A DNA stretch of 42,346 nucleotides. It comes from an archaeon. Its GTDB lineage: Archaea; Nanobdellota; Nanobdellia; SCGC-AAA011-G17; GW2011-AR18. Below, piece by piece: positions 1-9,032 of this stretch. Both the position numbers and the translations under genes were made by a program. The stretch lies in the NCBI GenBank assembly GCA_023245565.1, contig JAHFKB010000002.1, positions 2,534 to 44,879 on the forward strand, given 5' to 3'. Every line of letters starts with the position of its first letter. The first letter of the stretch is position 1. The notes beneath the pieces were generated by a model. It was not told the origin of the DNA. It ran no database searches and saw only the letters and a list, made by a program, of their open reading frames with translations.

Positions 1-102
1 GCTTATGATTTATCTCCACATTTAGAAAGAAATAGAGTAATGAGAAGGACAATGAATTCAACTTATGATAATCATCCTGGATTAGCTAGAATAAAACCCT
101 AA
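1..102 (+). CDS. 3' end of an unidentified CDS entering from upstream of the window
   Basis: Open frame from base 1 to TAA at 100-102 (...RTMNSTYDNHPGLARIKP*). No recognisable motif. It overlaps the convergent alaX stop by 4 nt. Confidence 0.3.
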   Translation, partial: AYDLSPHLERNRVMRRTMNSTYDNHPGLARIKP

Positions 103-821
103 TCTTTTAACTTAAAATAAATTCTTTTTCTTCCTTTACCTTTATTATCAACAGAATCAAATATAATTTCTTTAATTTCAGAAGTATTTTTTATATGTGT
201 TCCTCCACAAGGCTGTTTATCTATTCCTTCTATATCAATAACTCTTAGTTCTTTCATATCTCCATAATCCCATTCTAATAACATGGATAATTTTGAAGCT
301 TCTTCTTTTGGCATAAAACTTATTTTAACTTCTTTAGATTTTTTTATTTCTTCATTTGCTTTTGTAATATAACTTTGCATTTTTTCTCTATCAAAAGTTT
401 CTAAATTAAAGTCTAATCTAGATTTATCTTCACCTAATTGATTTCCTGTGAATAAAGCTCCGCTTTCTTTGTGAATTACACTATCTAGAATATGTGCTGC
501 TGTGTGCATTCTCATTAATTTATATCTTCTATTCCAATCAATAATACAATGAACCTTGTCTCCTTGTTTTAATCCTTCTTTGTCAACTTCATGAGATATA
601 TTATTATCAAATTTACCTACAAATATTACATTGTATTCTATTCCACTAGAAATTATCTTACCAGTATCATTGGGTTGTCCCCCACTAACAGGATAGAAAG
701 CTGTTTTATCTAAAGTTATATATTTATTATCTTTAACACTAATTACAGTAGCATCAAATTCTTTTAAATAACAATCTTTTAAATATAATACTTCAGTCAT
801 TAGTTTGTTTATTAAAAACAT
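99..821 (-). CDS. alaX: AlaX-type Ala-tRNA(Ala) editing protein (alanyl/threonyl-tRNA synthetase second additional domain)
   Basis: HxxxH zinc motif (MHTAAHIL) and CGGTH motif at the spacing typical of AlaX-M. 240 aa. Confidence 0.8.
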   Translation of the reverse strand: MFLINKLMTEVLYLKDCYLKEFDATVISVKDNKYITLDKTAFYPVSGGQPNDTGKIISSGIEYNVIFVGKFDNNISHEVDKEGLKQGDKVHCIIDWNRRYKLMRMHTAAHILDSVIHKESGALFTGNQLGEDKSRLDFNLETFDREKMQSYITKANEEIKKSKEVKISFMPKEEASKLSMLLEWDYGDMKELRVIDIEGIDKQPCGGTHIKNTSEIKEIIFDSVDNKGKGRKRIYFKLKD

Positions 822-882
822 TATTTAAGATTTGTGAAAGATTAATCAGAAATTATATAAACAAATTAAATAATAATTATCT

Positions 883-1260
883 ATGAAAGAGAGTGAATGT
901 TTATTTTGCAGATTAAAAAGTGATAAAACAATAATTCTAAAACAAAATTCTTTATTTTATTCTATTTATGATATAAATCCAACAAATTTAGGACATTGTT
1001 TAATAATTGCTAAAAGACATGTTATATCTTTTTTTGATTTAAGTGGTGAAGAAATAAATAATTTATATGAATTAATAAAAGAATTAAAAAAAACAATGGA
1101 TCAACAATTTTCTCCACAAGGTTATAATATTGGAGTTAATGAAGGTAAAGTAGCTGGGAGAACTGTTGATCATTTAATTATTCATTTTATTCCAAGGTAT
1201 AATGGAGATGTAATAAATCCTGCTGGTGGAATGAGAAATATTTTAAAATATAAGGGTTAA
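883..1260 (+). CDS. HIT (histidine triad) superfamily protein with a degenerate triad
   Basis: N-terminal CxxC (CLFC), GHCLIIAKRHV block and C-terminal DHLIIHFIPRYNGD block match the HIT fold. The middle His of HxHxH is replaced by Ile. Confidence 0.7.
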   Translation: MKESECLFCRLKSDKTIILKQNSLFYSIYDINPTNLGHCLIIAKRHVISFFDLSGEEINNLYELIKELKKTMDQQFSPQGYNIGVNEGKVAGRTVDHLIIHFIPRYNGDVINPAGGMRNILKYKG

Positions 1261-1344
1261 ATTTAATTCTATCTTTTATATTAAAATGGACATAGGTTAG
1301 GGCTAAAAGAAAATGTTTATATATACTCTTTACTATATATTTCT

Positions 1345-2025
1345 ATGATAAAAACTGGTGGACAGAGTGAGGAACTTATTCTAAATATTATAAAAAATTC
1401 TAATGAAGTTATTGTTGCAATTGATCTTGCTGGAAAAGTTATTTTGTGGAATAGTTCTGCTGAAAAATTATTTGGTTATGAAGAAAAAGAAGTTTTAGGA
1501 CAATTATTTCCATTAGTAAAAAGCGAATTTAGTTTTGAATTAAATACAATTATTACAAAAACTAAAGAAGGATCTTCTTTAAATTTTAAAACTCAAAAAC
1601 AAACAAAAGATGGAAGTGGTTTAGATTTAATTTTTAATACAAATCCTTTATATTATGGGGGAGAATTAATAGGTGCTTCAATTATTATACAGCAAGTAGA
1701 TTTAATAAAAAATGTTAATTATTTAACTATAGATATTGAACAAGAAAATAAAGAACATAAAAGAACATTTAATGTTATAAGAGATATAATATTATTAACT
1801 GTTGGTAATGATAAAAAAACAATAAATCAAATTTCTACAGATTCAGGAGTTAATTGGAGAACTGTTGAAAAACATTTAACATATTTAATAGGCAAGAAAT
1901 TAGCAGCAGAGATATTTAGTTCTGAATATGTTAGAATCTTTGAATTAACTAATGCTGGTAGAAATTATACTAGTAATATTAAAAGAGAGAATTATAATAA
2001 ATATATAAAGAAAACTGTAGAATGA
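1345..2025 (+). CDS. PAS-domain sensor fused to a C-terminal winged-helix DNA-binding domain
   Basis: PAS-like block (EVIVAIDLAGKVILWNSSAEKLFGYEEKEVLGQ). C-terminal HTH-like segment (KKTINQISTDSGVNWRTVEKHLTYLIGKKL). Confidence 0.55.
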   Translation: MIKTGGQSEELILNIIKNSNEVIVAIDLAGKVILWNSSAEKLFGYEEKEVLGQLFPLVKSEFSFELNTIITKTKEGSSLNFKTQKQTKDGSGLDLIFNTNPLYYGGELIGASIIIQQVDLIKNVNYLTIDIEQENKEHKRTFNVIRDIILLTVGNDKKTINQISTDSGVNWRTVEKHLTYLIGKKLAAEIFSSEYVRIFELTNAGRNYTSNIKRENYNKYIKKTVE

Positions 2026-2085
2026 AAAGCTTAATAAATACTAAACTAAGCTATAAGACTATATTCAAAGAGAGGTAAGATAATC

Positions 2086-2907
2086 TTGGTTAAAGGAAAA
2101 GTTGTTGGAATTATTTCAATTAAAGGTGGTGTAGGTAAAACTACTTCTGTTATTAATTTAGCTCATGTTTTAGCTCAAGATTTTGGTAAAAAAGTTGCTG
2201 TTGTTGATGCAAATTTTTCTTCTCCAAATATTTCTTTGCATTTGGGAAATGTTAATGCAAGAAGTTCTATTCATGATCTTTTAAGTGGAAAATTAAAGGC
2301 AAATGAAGTTTTACATAAACATGAACTTGGTTTTGATGTTATACCTGGGGCAGCTGGAAATTCTATTCATTCTACTAATAATTATATGAAATTAAGAGAG
2401 AGAATGCAGGGATTAAAAAATAATTATGATGTTATTTTAGTTGATTCTTCACCTACATTAAATGAAGAAATTTTAGCTACAATTACTGCAGCAGATGAAT
2501 TATATGTTATGAGTACTCCAGATTTACCAACATTAAGTACAACTTTAAGAGCTGTTAAATTAGCTAAAGACAAAAAAATGAATATTAATGGAATGATATT
2601 AAACAAAGTTAGAGGTAAAAATTATGAATTAAAAGCTGCTGATATGGAAAGATTAAGCGGAGTTCCATTAGTTGGAGTAATAAAAGATAATGTTAGAGTT
2701 TTAGAAGCATTAAGTAAAGTTAAACCTATGACAAAATTAAATCCTAATTCTGGTGTTTCTCTAGAATATAAAAATATAGCTTCTAAAATCATTGGAGAAC
2801 CTGCTAAAAAATTAAGCTGGCATGCAAAGGCTTTAGGATATTTAAAAGATGATTTTACTAATTTAACAACACATAAGTTTAGCAAAGGATTAAGTTATTA
2901 TAAATAA
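2086..2907 (+). CDS. ParA/MinD-family P-loop ATPase
   Basis: Deviant Walker A (SIKGGVGKTT) and Walker B-like ILVDSSP. TTG start preceded by GAGGT about 10 nt upstream. Confidence 0.8.
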   Translation: MVKGKVVGIISIKGGVGKTTSVINLAHVLAQDFGKKVAVVDANFSSPNISLHLGNVNARSSIHDLLSGKLKANEVLHKHELGFDVIPGAAGNSIHSTNNYMKLRERMQGLKNNYDVILVDSSPTLNEEILATITAADELYVMSTPDLPTLSTTLRAVKLAKDKKMNINGMILNKVRGKNYELKAADMERLSGVPLVGVIKDNVRVLEALSKVKPMTKLNPNSGVSLEYKNIASKIIGEPAKKLSWHAKALGYLKDDFTNLTTHKFSKGLSYYK

Positions 2908-2908
2908 A

Positions 2909-3469
2909 TTAAATTCTAGAATTTAAATTAAATACCATGTCTTCTAATTTATTTAAGTTCCATTTAATTGCGTCTGATTTTTTTCTTAATTCTCCATTTC
3001 TTAAATCAAACTTTAAAAATTCACCATAAATATCTTCTACTATTTCTTTTATTTTTAAAACACTTTTAAAATCTTTTTTAATAGCATCGTGAACTGCTTT
3101 TCTTCCTAATTCTCCAGTTAAATCTGCTAAACCACTTAAGTAAGCTTCAACCTCTACATCTAGATATTTTTTACTAGGAAATTTATTGTTTTTTACTAAT
3201 TCATAAAATACAATAGCTTCAACATATTCTTGAAAAGCTACAAAACTTATTCCTGTATCATAACTTTTCTTTTTATCTAATAATTTTATTTTAGATTTTA
3301 TTTCTTTTGTTAATTTAGAAGCTTGATCTAATTCATTTCTATGAACTGAATAAATAATTTGTTTTGATAATGTTATAACATTTCTAGAAATCTGGATTGT
3401 TTCTTCTCTCTTAACTTCATAATCATTTAATTCTTTTCTTATTTTTTCAAACTCTGATTTATTTAACAT
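2909..3469 (-). CDS. Translin-family nucleic-acid-binding protein (archaeal COG2178 type)
   Basis: Blocks FQEYVEAIVFYEL, YLSGLADLTGELGRKAV and the C-terminal LRKKSDAIKWNLNKLED follow the translin family pattern. Confidence 0.75.
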   Translation of the reverse strand: MLNKSEFEKIRKELNDYEVKREETIQISRNVITLSKQIIYSVHRNELDQASKLTKEIKSKIKLLDKKKSYDTGISFVAFQEYVEAIVFYELVKNNKFPSKKYLDVEVEAYLSGLADLTGELGRKAVHDAIKKDFKSVLKIKEIVEDIYGEFLKFDLRNGELRKKSDAIKWNLNKLEDMVFNLNSRI

Positions 3470-3520
3470 AAACTAAATATTATAGTATAATATATAAAGT
3501 TTTGGAATTTTATCTGTAAA

Positions 3521-4309
3521 TTATATTCTTTCTTTTATAATCTCAACATAATCAAATTTTTCTATCTTAGATTTGGCACTTAAACTAGTATGAATTACTC
3601 CAAACAACATATTACTAATTAATTCATTTAAATCACCATGAATAATTCTTTTAACAGCTTCTTTTTCTATTTCTTTTTTATATTCTGGATTTTTTTCTGG
3701 GTTAAATAACTCATTATAACCTATAACTTTTGTAATTTTTGTATCTAGATTTTTAATTATTTGTAAATCTTTTTCTATATCATTTATTACCTTCTGAACA
3801 TCATCATTTTCAGTTTTTTCATATAATTTTTTAAAACCTTTAATTAATATTGAGTAATAATGGTTTTCTAAATTTGCTAATAGGTTTTTTAATTCTAAAC
3901 CATGATTATTAATTACTTTAATTTTTCCAGCAATTCCTTTTATTGCTGCTTCTACTTTATCTTTTTCATCTTTAAAATCTTGATAATTACTAATATCTTT
4001 AATCAACATTTTTGCATAACTATTTAATGTTTCAGCTTCACTTTGAATTTTTTCCAGAGCTAGGCTATCAATATCTATTTTAATAGAATCTAAGATCTCT
4101 AAAGCTTCTTCTTTATTATATTCTTTATATTTTTCTACTTCTTGAACTTCTTCATGTGTTTCTTCTAAATTTGTCTCATTATTATTTGAATCTTCTTTTA
4201 TTTGTTCATTTTCAGAATCTTCTTGTTTTTCTTGAGGAGCTGTAGTTACACTTTTAACTGGAAAATCTTTATTTTTAAATAAATTCTTTATTTTATCAAA
4301 AAAACTCAT
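3521..4309 (-). CDS. Hypothetical acidic coiled-coil protein
   Basis: Long ORF with a Glu/Lys-rich heptad-like composition. No catalytic motif seen. Confidence 0.5.
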   Translation of the reverse strand: MSFFDKIKNLFKNKDFPVKSVTTAPQEKQEDSENEQIKEDSNNNETNLEETHEEVQEVEKYKEYNKEEALEILDSIKIDIDSLALEKIQSEAETLNSYAKMLIKDISNYQDFKDEKDKVEAAIKGIAGKIKVINNHGLELKNLLANLENHYYSILIKGFKKLYEKTENDDVQKVINDIEKDLQIIKNLDTKITKVIGYNELFNPEKNPEYKKEIEKEAVKRIIHGDLNELISNMLFGVIHTSLSAKSKIEKFDYVEIIKERI

Positions 4310-4413
4310 GCTATTTTATAGATAAGTATGTTTTTATAGTTTTCTAGATTGTAGTTCATAATTATATAATGAATTTAGTAAAAATTAATAAATAGAAATT
4401 AAAATTTATAATT

Positions 4414-4911
4414 ATGAAAAAATATATTATTTTAATTGGACTACTTGCTGGATGTGTTAATAATCTAAAATATAGAGAGTTAAAAGATTCAAGTAAAATT
4501 AAATTATTTGGAGAGAGATGTTTTGTAATGGAAGAAAATTGTAATAATGATACTAACCATATTTCATATCATTTAAAACATGAAAGTAGAAGAACTGTTG
4601 AAGTTTATTTTGATCCATATTTTCCCATATCAAGAGAATATTTGAAAATGATAGATAAAAGGAGATTAGAAGAGAGGTTTGGATATTTTAAATTTGATAA
4701 AATATGTGTTGAGTTAGAATTGTTTGGACAAGATGGCAGATGTAAAAATGTTTATGGACAAGATGGAAAATCTAATTATGAAAGATTAAAAACTAAATGT
4801 AATGGTACTGACTATAAAGGTAGTTGTGGAATTCTTACACCTACTGTTTTTTTAGAGAATAGGTATCTAGCAAATAGTTGGGAATTAGAAACACAATTAT
4901 CTAATTTTTAA
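4414..4911 (+). CDS. Hypothetical Cys-rich lipoprotein
   Basis: N-terminal lipobox-like LLAGC. Several Cys in the mature part. The 3' end overlaps the convergent rpe gene by 15 nt. Confidence 0.5.
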   Translation: MKKYIILIGLLAGCVNNLKYRELKDSSKIKLFGERCFVMEENCNNDTNHISYHLKHESRRTVEVYFDPYFPISREYLKMIDKRRLEERFGYFKFDKICVELELFGQDGRCKNVYGQDGKSNYERLKTKCNGTDYKGSCGILTPTVFLENRYLANSWELETQLSNF

Positions 4912-5526
4912 TAATTTCTTTAGATTTTTAACATTTTCTTTTAAGTTATTATTATTTTGCAAATAAGAACCAACAGCAAATAAGTTAGCACCTGCTTTTT
5001 TACATTGTTTAATTGTTATTGGATTCATATGGCCATCTACTTCTATATTTCCTTTGTAATTCATTCTTAACGTCTTTATTTTTTCTAATGTATTTGGAAT
5101 AAATTCTGCTCCATATTTGCCAGGATGAACTGTTAAAATTAATATTCTATCTAACTCTTTTAAATAAGGTATAATATTTATTATGGGTGTTTCTGGATTT
5201 AATGCAAATCCTAATTTTTTATTTTTACTTTTAATAAATCTAATTAATTTTAATGGATCTTTTACTCTTTCAAAATTAGCTATTAAAACTTCAAATTTTT
5301 TATAGTTTTTATTAATCCATTTTTCAGGATCATCCAACATTAAATGTGCCTCATATTTAAATTTTTTATTTAATTTAAAATTAAACCAATTAGATTTATT
5401 TTTAACAAATTTTCCATCCATTACATCAACTTGAAAATAATTGAAATTGTTTTTGTATTTATTAATTAATTGATCTAATTCTTTTTGATTATTTGATATT
5501 AATGTTGGAATTATTTTGTATTTCAT
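4897..5526 (-). CDS. rpe: Ribulose-phosphate 3-epimerase
   Basis: VDVMDGKFV, HLM, LTVHPGKYGAEF and VDGH blocks in the order typical of Rpe TIM barrels. Confidence 0.8.
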   Translation of the reverse strand: MKYKIIPTLISNNQKELDQLINKYKNNFNYFQVDVMDGKFVKNKSNWFNFKLNKKFKYEAHLMLDDPEKWINKNYKKFEVLIANFERVKDPLKLIRFIKSKNKKLGFALNPETPIINIIPYLKELDRILILTVHPGKYGAEFIPNTLEKIKTLRMNYKGNIEVDGHMNPITIKQCKKAGANLFAVGSYLQNNNNLKENVKNLKKLLKIR

Positions 5527-5948
5527 TTTTCTATTAATAATTTTTCCACTTTTTTTATAAAAATCTTTGAAAATTCAGAACATTTTAATGCATCATCAAC
5601 GCTAACTTCTTGTCCTCTGTAAAGTGCGTTATTTCTTATTTCTCTGAATCTATCAAACTGTATTATTTCATATTCACTAAATTCCTTTTTATAATATTCT
5701 TTAACAAAACTTATTGTTGCTTCATGAGAATATGGTTTAAAACCTTCTTTAGACATTAGTGCTTGTGCTGCTTCTCTAGCAGATTCATAAACGTCTTCTA
5801 ACACTAAGAAAGCTGTTTCTTTATTTAATTCTCTGATATATTTCATTCTTTTTTTTGATCTTTCTAAGAGTGATTGTGCTTCCACAATATCTTTTGTTCT
5901 TTTTTTAACTTTCCCAGATTTTATATATTCCTCAAATTTATCTATCAT
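5523..5948 (-). CDS. HEPN-domain protein (toxin-like partner of the upstream nucleotidyltransferase)
   Basis: ~140-aa helical protein with an R-x4-6-(H/Y)-like segment (FREIRNNALYRG). Its start overlaps the MNT stop (TAATG). Its stop overlaps the rpe start (ATGA). Confidence 0.6.
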   Translation of the reverse strand: MIDKFEEYIKSGKVKKRTKDIVEAQSLLERSKKRMKYIRELNKETAFLVLEDVYESAREAAQALMSKEGFKPYSHEATISFVKEYYKKEFSEYEIIQFDRFREIRNNALYRGQEVSVDDALKCSEFSKIFIKKVEKLLIEK

Positions 5949-6523
5949 TATATCACCTTTAGATAACCATATAGTACTATTCCATTTGCTAAAGCATTTT
6001 TAAAACTGTTTTCTGAGGTATTTATTGATTTTAATATTGTAAAATTGACTTTTCTATTAAACTCTTTTTCAATTATGGATATAAATTTGTTAAATTCTTC
6101 TGAATTTGGTTTTTTATTTGATGATAAAATAAATATGTCTATATCACTATTTTCCATGTCTTCCCCCTTTGAGAAAGATCCAAATAATACAATACATTCT
6201 GGATTATTAAAATATTTAACAATATTCTCAATTATTAAATATCTATTTAGCCTATATAAGTTAAAAACTAATTTGTAAAATCTATAAGCTTCTGAATCTA
6301 TATTTGCTTGTATATCTGTAGTTACTTTTCCTTTTTCAATTTTTATTATATTATATTTTTCTAAAATATTTATTCCTTCTGTAATTGCTGTTGTGGATGC
6401 TTTTGTCTCTTTAGATAACTCTCTAATGTGGTATTTTTTATGGGGGCTGTTAAATATTAATCTTGCTATAGCAAAACCTCCTTTATTTCCAAATATTACC
6501 TTTGTGTCTTTTTCTTGTAACAT
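5948..6523 (-). CDS. Minimal nucleotidyltransferase (MNT) with N-terminal winged-helix domain
   Basis: GS-x9-10-SDxD signature (LFGSFSKGEDMENSDIDIFIL) of pol-beta-type nucleotidyltransferases. N-terminal HTH-like IRELSKETKASTTAITEGINILEK. Confidence 0.7.
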   Translation of the reverse strand: MLQEKDTKVIFGNKGGFAIARLIFNSPHKKYHIRELSKETKASTTAITEGINILEKYNIIKIEKGKVTTDIQANIDSEAYRFYKLVFNLYRLNRYLIIENIVKYFNNPECIVLFGSFSKGEDMENSDIDIFILSSNKKPNSEEFNKFISIIEKEFNRKVNFTILKSINTSENSFKNALANGIVLYGYLKVI

Positions 6524-6557
6524 ATGTTATATTTAAGTAACAGTTGTTATATAAATG

Positions 6558-7007
6558 TTATGGTTTTTCTATTTTTTTAATTTCATTTACTCTTCTTGTA
6601 AATCTTTTAGCTTTACTAAATTTAGTTTCTAGAAACTTATTTATTATTTTCTTTGCTAGAATTAATTTTGTGTATCTTCCTGGTAAACATATGACATTAA
6701 CATTGTCATCATTTTTAGCTAGAAATGCATCTCTAACATTTTCAGCTACAGCTGCTCTTATTCCTTTAACTTTATTTGCTGCTATTGCAACACCCTGACC
6801 AGAACCACAAACTAAAATTCCTATAGAATTTTTATTTTTTGATACTGCTTTAGCAACTTTTAAACCATAAACTGGATAGTCATCATTTTTATTGTAGATT
6901 AAATTTCCTAAGTCTTGAACTTTGTATTTTATTAGAAAAGGCTTTAATTTCTCTTTTAATTTAAAACCTGCATGATCTGAACCAATATAGATTTTCATCT
7001 TCACCAC
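6558..7007 (-). CDS. rpiB: Ribose-5-phosphate isomerase B
   Basis: IGSDHAGFKLKEKL and GILVCGSGQGVAIAANKVKGIRAA blocks. 149 aa. Confidence 0.85.
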   Translation of the reverse strand: MVKMKIYIGSDHAGFKLKEKLKPFLIKYKVQDLGNLIYNKNDDYPVYGLKVAKAVSKNKNSIGILVCGSGQGVAIAANKVKGIRAAVAENVRDAFLAKNDDNVNVICLPGRYTKLILAKKIINKFLETKFSKAKRFTRRVNEIKKIEKP

Positions 7008-7042
7008 TTTTAAAGTTATTAGAATTTATTATTATATAATAC

Positions 7043-7240
7043 TTATCTTTTTATAGATCTCATTGGGCCGCCTCTTTTGTAAGGAGTTCCTCTTCCTCCT
7101 TTTCCACCTCTAGATTCTGGATAAGCTTCCATTTCTTCAGATTCATCATAACCGCAACTTAGACATATTAAGAATTTACTTCCCATTAGCTCTACTGCAT
7201 CAATATGTTTACTTTTGCATTTTGGACATTCTGTTTTCAT
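7043..7240 (-). CDS. Small zinc-ribbon protein with Arg/Gly-rich tail
   Basis: CPKC...CLSC pair of CxxC knuckles. C-terminal RGGKGGRGTPYKRGG. Confidence 0.5.
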   Translation of the reverse strand: MKTECPKCKSKHIDAVELMGSKFLICLSCGYDESEEMEAYPESRGGKGGRGTPYKRGGPMRSIKR

Positions 7241-7290
7241 AATATTCCTATATTAAATAGGCTTAAAAATATTTCTCTTATAATTTATTT

Positions 7291-7719
7291 ATGACTCAAT
7301 ACAGAGAAAAATTAAATATTCATGGTTTAAGTTTAGATAAATTAGCAGATAGTCTTTATGGAGCATCGAGAGAGATTATTGATGAAGAAAATAGGCCTAT
7401 GTTTACTAATCAATTAGGTAAAAAATTAAGTTATATGTCTTTATATGATTATCAACTTATATCTTGTGCTTTGGTAAAACATGCTGCAGAGTTTTCAGAA
7501 AAACACGGACTTTATTTGATAGAAGCTCATGATGCAATTATTATGGTTTATAATAATTATGATGAATTAAGAGGTTCTAAACCTGATTCTGGTAGCCCTA
7601 GTTTACAAAAAATATCTGGAAATATGAGTTTACTTTATAGAACAAAAGAAGAATTAAAAAGATTTATTGAAGAAAGAGTAAATATAGAAATAATTAGGGT
7701 TGCAACTTTTAAATTATAA
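7291..7719 (+). CDS. Hypothetical protein
   Basis: Clean 142-aa ORF with an AT-rich promoter-like upstream region. No motif recognised. Confidence 0.4.
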   Translation: MTQYREKLNIHGLSLDKLADSLYGASREIIDEENRPMFTNQLGKKLSYMSLYDYQLISCALVKHAAEFSEKHGLYLIEAHDAIIMVYNNYDELRGSKPDSGSPSLQKISGNMSLLYRTKEELKRFIEERVNIEIIRVATFKL

Positions 7720-7721
7720 AG

Positions 7722-7994
7722 TTAACGATCAAAAGAACTTAATACTTTTTTTAAAGTAGGATCTTGCACAAGACATAAACTAACTAAAAATTCTATATAT
7801 TTAACATCACCTTTAAATTTACTTCTTTCATCATATAAAACTTTAGCAAATTCAACACGTTTATCATATGTTTGATTAGAAATCCCTTTAGCTACTGCTT
7901 TTGAATAATCACTCCATCCAGAAGTAATTAAATGAATGTTTTTACCTCCATTCCATTCTTTTGCAATTTTTTCTAATGCCTCATATTTAACCAT
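7722..7994 (-). CDS. Hypothetical protein
   Basis: 90-aa ORF that fills the gap between neighbours. No motif recognised. Confidence 0.4.
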   Translation of the reverse strand: MVKYEALEKIAKEWNGGKNIHLITSGWSDYSKAVAKGISNQTYDKRVEFAKVLYDERSKFKGDVKYIEFLVSLCLVQDPTLKKVLSSFDR

Positions 7995-8033
7995 AATAGG
8001 ATTTAATAAAAATAGATTATAAATTTTTCTATA

Positions 8034-8303
8034 TTATATTATTCTTTTACCAGTACTTAGATCTACAATATGAATTACTAAGACAGGACAAGATTCTGCT
8101 GCTTCTTTCCATTTATCTAATTCAGATTCATCTATTTCTCTTGTAAAGAATTTAGTTTTTGGATCTTGTTTACTATCTTTTAGATCAACTTTTCCATCTT
8201 CAACAACCATCCAATTATCTGAATCTACAGCAACACAAGCAGCTGCACCTATGCAACCTTCTCTATCTAATTCAACTCTGTATTTTTTTCCCATATTAAT
8301 CAA
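8034..8303 (-). CDS. Small ferredoxin (single Fe-S cluster type)
   Basis: CIGAAAC...CP cysteine pattern. Immediately downstream of bcp. The real start may be the internal Met at 8294. Confidence 0.6.
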   Translation of the reverse strand: MINMGKKYRVELDREGCIGAAACVAVDSDNWMVVEDGKVDLKDSKQDPKTKFFTREIDESELDKWKEAAESCPVLVIHIVDLSTGKRII

Positions 8304-8751
8304 ATAATTTTAAAACTTCATTAGCATGATCATCTGTCTTAACTTTTTCAAAGATATATTTAATTTTTCCTTCTTTATTTATTAAAAATGTTTTTCTGAA
8401 AATTCCATAATATTCTCTTCCATACATACTTTTTTTTCCATAAGAATCATATTTTTTACAAACTATTCCTTCTGGATCTGATAATAAATTAAAATTTAAT
8501 TTATATTTATCACTAAATTTTTTATGTGAAACTTCATTATTCATACTAACTCCTAAAACTATTATTCCTTTTTTCTTAAATTCAGAAAATTCATCTCTAA
8601 AACTACAAGCTTCAGCTGTACAACCTGGAGTATCATCTTTTGGGTAAAAATAAAGAACTAAATCCTTACCTTTGAAATCAGATAATTTTACTGTATTTCC
8701 CTCTTTGTCTTTTAAAGAAAAATCTGGAGCTTTGTCATTTATTTTTAACAT
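8296..8751 (-). CDS. bcp: Peroxiredoxin, Bcp/PrxQ type
   Basis: FYPKDDTPGCTAEAC active-site block. 151 aa. Confidence 0.85.
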   Translation of the reverse strand: MLKINDKAPDFSLKDKEGNTVKLSDFKGKDLVLYFYPKDDTPGCTAEACSFRDEFSEFKKKGIIVLGVSMNNEVSHKKFSDKYKLNFNLLSDPEGIVCKKYDSYGKKSMYGREYYGIFRKTFLINKEGKIKYIFEKVKTDDHANEVLKLFD

Positions 8752-8797
8752 AATGTTAGAATAAATTCCTGGTTTTTAAAGCTTATTAATTAAAGCA

Positions 8798-8953
8798 CGC
8801 CAAGGGTGGGACTATCAAACATTTACAGGCGTCAAGCCATTATTCTTGATAGTGCTTTTAAATGGTTTTTGAACCCACAAGTCTGTGAAGACGCAGGATA
8901 TCTGCAACCATTGTATAGCAATCCTGTGCCATACCAGGTTAGGCGACCTTGGC
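8798..8953 (-). tRNA. tRNA-Ser(GCU) interrupted by two introns (anticodon loop ~16 nt; T-loop ~56 nt)
   Basis: Reverse strand reads GCCAAGG-TC-GCCT-AACCTGGTA-TGGC-A-CAGGA-TTGCTA[16 nt]A-TCCTG. This is followed by a long variable arm (GTCT-TCAC-AGAC), then GTGGG-TTCAAA..[~56 nt]..T-CCCAC, then CCTTGGC-G. Acceptor, anticodon and T stems all pair perfectly. Discriminator G and the long variable arm fit Ser. Confidence 0.65.
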
Positions 8954-8972
8954 GTAGTTTTGAGTATTTTAT

Positions 8973-8984
8973 TTCTTTTATAAA
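8973..8984 (-). promoter_or_regulatory. Candidate TATA box for the tRNA-Ser gene
   Basis: TTTTATAAAAGA on the reverse strand, about 20-30 nt upstream of the predicted tRNA 5' end. Confidence 0.3.
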
Positions 8985-9032
8985 ACTTATCTTAGTAATA
9001 AAATATATTAAATAAAGAATATAAACAAAATT

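Noticed and set aside
2424-2885. Two minus-strand ORFs (2424..2606 and 2622..2885) inside the ParA/MinD gene
   Set aside because: They are antisense shadows of a gene with clear Walker motifs.
6045-6798. Plus-strand ORFs 6045..6278 and 6544..6798
   Set aside because: They are antisense to the nucleotidyltransferase and rpiB genes respectively, and their products are hydrophobic low-complexity sequence.
8806-9015. 69-aa plus-strand ORF in the ORF track
   Set aside because: It lies antisense over the intron-containing tRNA-Ser gene and its promoter. The locally higher GC that keeps the frame open is explained by the tRNA.
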